This document shows, piece by piece, positions 62,731 to 64,000 of a stretch of 64,000 bases of DNA. How positions within the stretch are numbered: position 1 is the stretch's first letter; every line of letters begins with the position of its first letter. The stretch comes from Nitrosopumilus sp. (GTDB lineage Archaea; Thermoproteota; Nitrososphaeria; Nitrososphaerales; Nitrosopumilaceae): NCBI GenBank assembly GCA_965207075.1, contig CBDBLO010000002.1, positions 1,152,001 to 1,216,000 on the forward strand, in the 5' to 3' direction. Below the pieces are notes generated by a model. The model saw only the letters and a list, made by a program, of their open reading frames with translations. It was not told where the DNA came from and did not search any database. A program made the position numbers and the translations under genes.

Positions 62731-64000
62731 TCATGTGTCAGCCTTGAAATGATCGTCGACCCTGGCCCGTATGCGGTCAAAGTCGTCCGCCCCGTATATG
62801 GATCCGTCTTGGAACACCACGCCCAACTGGTTCTCGTACTTGGCGTGCTCGTCGTCGTCCCTCACGGTCAGGTATATGCCGTGCTCCCTGATCAGCTTCA
62901 GTCTGCCGCGCTTGGACTGTTTCGAGCGGTCGCTCCGGGGGTCCTTATACACGTCCCGGGTCTCGCCGTTGACGTCGGCCCAGTTGCACTTGATGGCGAA
63001 TTTCTGCGTGTCGCGGTTGCAGTCCTGCAGAAGTCCGCCGCCGCTGCCGAACACGAGGTTGTCCGCGGACCACCCCTCGTCCATTATGCGCTTGATTATC
63101 TTGGGCAGCGTGCGGTATGATATGCCGTCGCCCTGCAGTATGCTGACGTGCCCCAGCACCTTGTATCCCTTGCCGTTCACCGTATATCCGAACGCCTCGG
63201 ACAGAGCCTCAAGGCAGGACAGTATGCCGGCGGCTGGCTCCCCGGAGTCCGGCCTGATGACCAGGTTTCTTGACGTGTTCTCTGTTATCTCCTTATGCAG
63301 CTTCCTTCCGTATATCTCCCTGCAGGCGTTCGTTATGTCCCACGAGTCGCTTACGATGCTGACCGTGCCCGTTGGGAACTGGCTGAGTATGTGGCGGTAC
63401 GCCTCGTGTTCGCCGTCCCTGCCCCACATTGTAACCGTGGAATGCTCGGCAGCCGGGACAGACTCGCCGACCGGGACGGACGCGCCGTAGTGCTTGGACG
63501 CGAACCGCATGCCAGCGATGTTGTCAGAGCCGCGGAAGTTCAGCAGGTGAGCCGCGCCGCCGATGCCGGCCGACTCGAGCGACGAGCTGCCGCGGAAGCC
63601 GAAATCATGCAGCATGTGGGGCAGCCTGCCCGGGGTGCCGGACCTTTCCAGCGCCGCGTGCAGCGCCTTGCGCTGGTAGTACGATATGGTCGCGACGGTG
63701 CTGGGGTACCAGACCTGCAGCAGCAGCGTCTCCACGTGGTTTGTCAACCACGGCACTTCGGGGTCGGTGTTCTCCACGGTCAGCATTACGTCGCTGGTCG
63801 GTATGACGCTGCCCTCCGGCACGGCCCGTATGAGCAGTGGCAGCCTGCCGTCATGCACCGACAGTATACGCTCCCAACCCGCGCGGTTGAAGACGCCGGC
63901 GCCCATGTGGGACTCGACCAGCGCCTCGGCCTCGTCTATCTTTTCTCGCGTGACCACGGCACCCGCAAGGTGCTTCTCCATCAGATACCGCAGCCCGAAG
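62731..64000 (-). CDS. nadV: Nicotinamide phosphoribosyltransferase (NAMPT/NadV), 5'-truncated by the window edge
   Basis: LHDFGFRG, VPAAEHS, VSDSWD, IRPDSG, LQGDG, FGSGGGLLQ, RDT.KFAIK. Confidence 0.92.
   Translation of the reverse strand, partial: FGLRYLMEKHLAGAVVTREKIDEAEALVESHMGAGVFNRAGWERILSVHDGRLPLLIRAVPEGSVIPTSDVMLTVENTDPEVPWLTNHVETLLLQVWYPSTVATISYYQRKALHAALERSGTPGRLPHMLHDFGFRGSSSLESAGIGGAAHLLNFRGSDNIAGMRFASKHYGASVPVGESVPAAEHSTVTMWGRDGEHEAYRHILSQFPTGTVSIVSDSWDITNACREIYGRKLHKEITENTSRNLVIRPDSGEPAAGILSCLEALSEAFGYTVNGKGYKVLGHVSILQGDGISYRTLPKIIKRIMDEGWSADNLVFGSGGGLLQDCNRDTQKFAIKCNWADVNGETRDVYKDPRSDRSKQSKRGRLKLIREHGIYLTVRDDDEHAKYENQLGVVFQDGSIYGADDFDRIRARVDDHFKADT

Overview
GC-rich archaeal DNA, most likely Nitrososphaerota (Thaumarchaeota). 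Support: TATA-box (TTTTAT/TTTAA) leaderless promoters, an archaeal class III pilin, and protein types I recall from thaumarchaea (MTRWKKD AbrB-like protein, RSxWWYLLPIF membrane protein, DxEGV-type SerB). No core chromosomal gene clusters are present. The window instead reads as part of a large (>64 kb) conjugative or virus-like mobile element. Its parts are a Prim-Pol/D5 primase-helicase replication operon, scattered transfer genes (VirB6-like, type IV pilin, TadC/ArlJ-like platform, 1150-aa surface protein) and an ArdC anti-restriction protein. It also has a defence cluster (Mrr, TM0106 nuclease, type IIG R-M, NucS-like, PIN), a Doc toxin-antitoxin pair, and solo metabolic genes (SerB, ThiF/MoeB, ThpR, SIS, PRTase, HMG-CoA reductase, NAMPT). 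A tRNA-His/Thr/Cys cluster and dozens of tiny Cys/His-rich Zn-finger ORFs are also present. Unexplained non-coding structure includes a perfect 36-bp inverted-repeat pair bounding an ~860-bp three-gene cassette, a 28-bp palindromic site repeated 48.3 kb apart, and several strongly base-paired non-coding elements beside divergent AT-rich promoters. The largest of these is ~385 nt and lies next to the tRNAs. All calls come from motif reading; no database searches were run.
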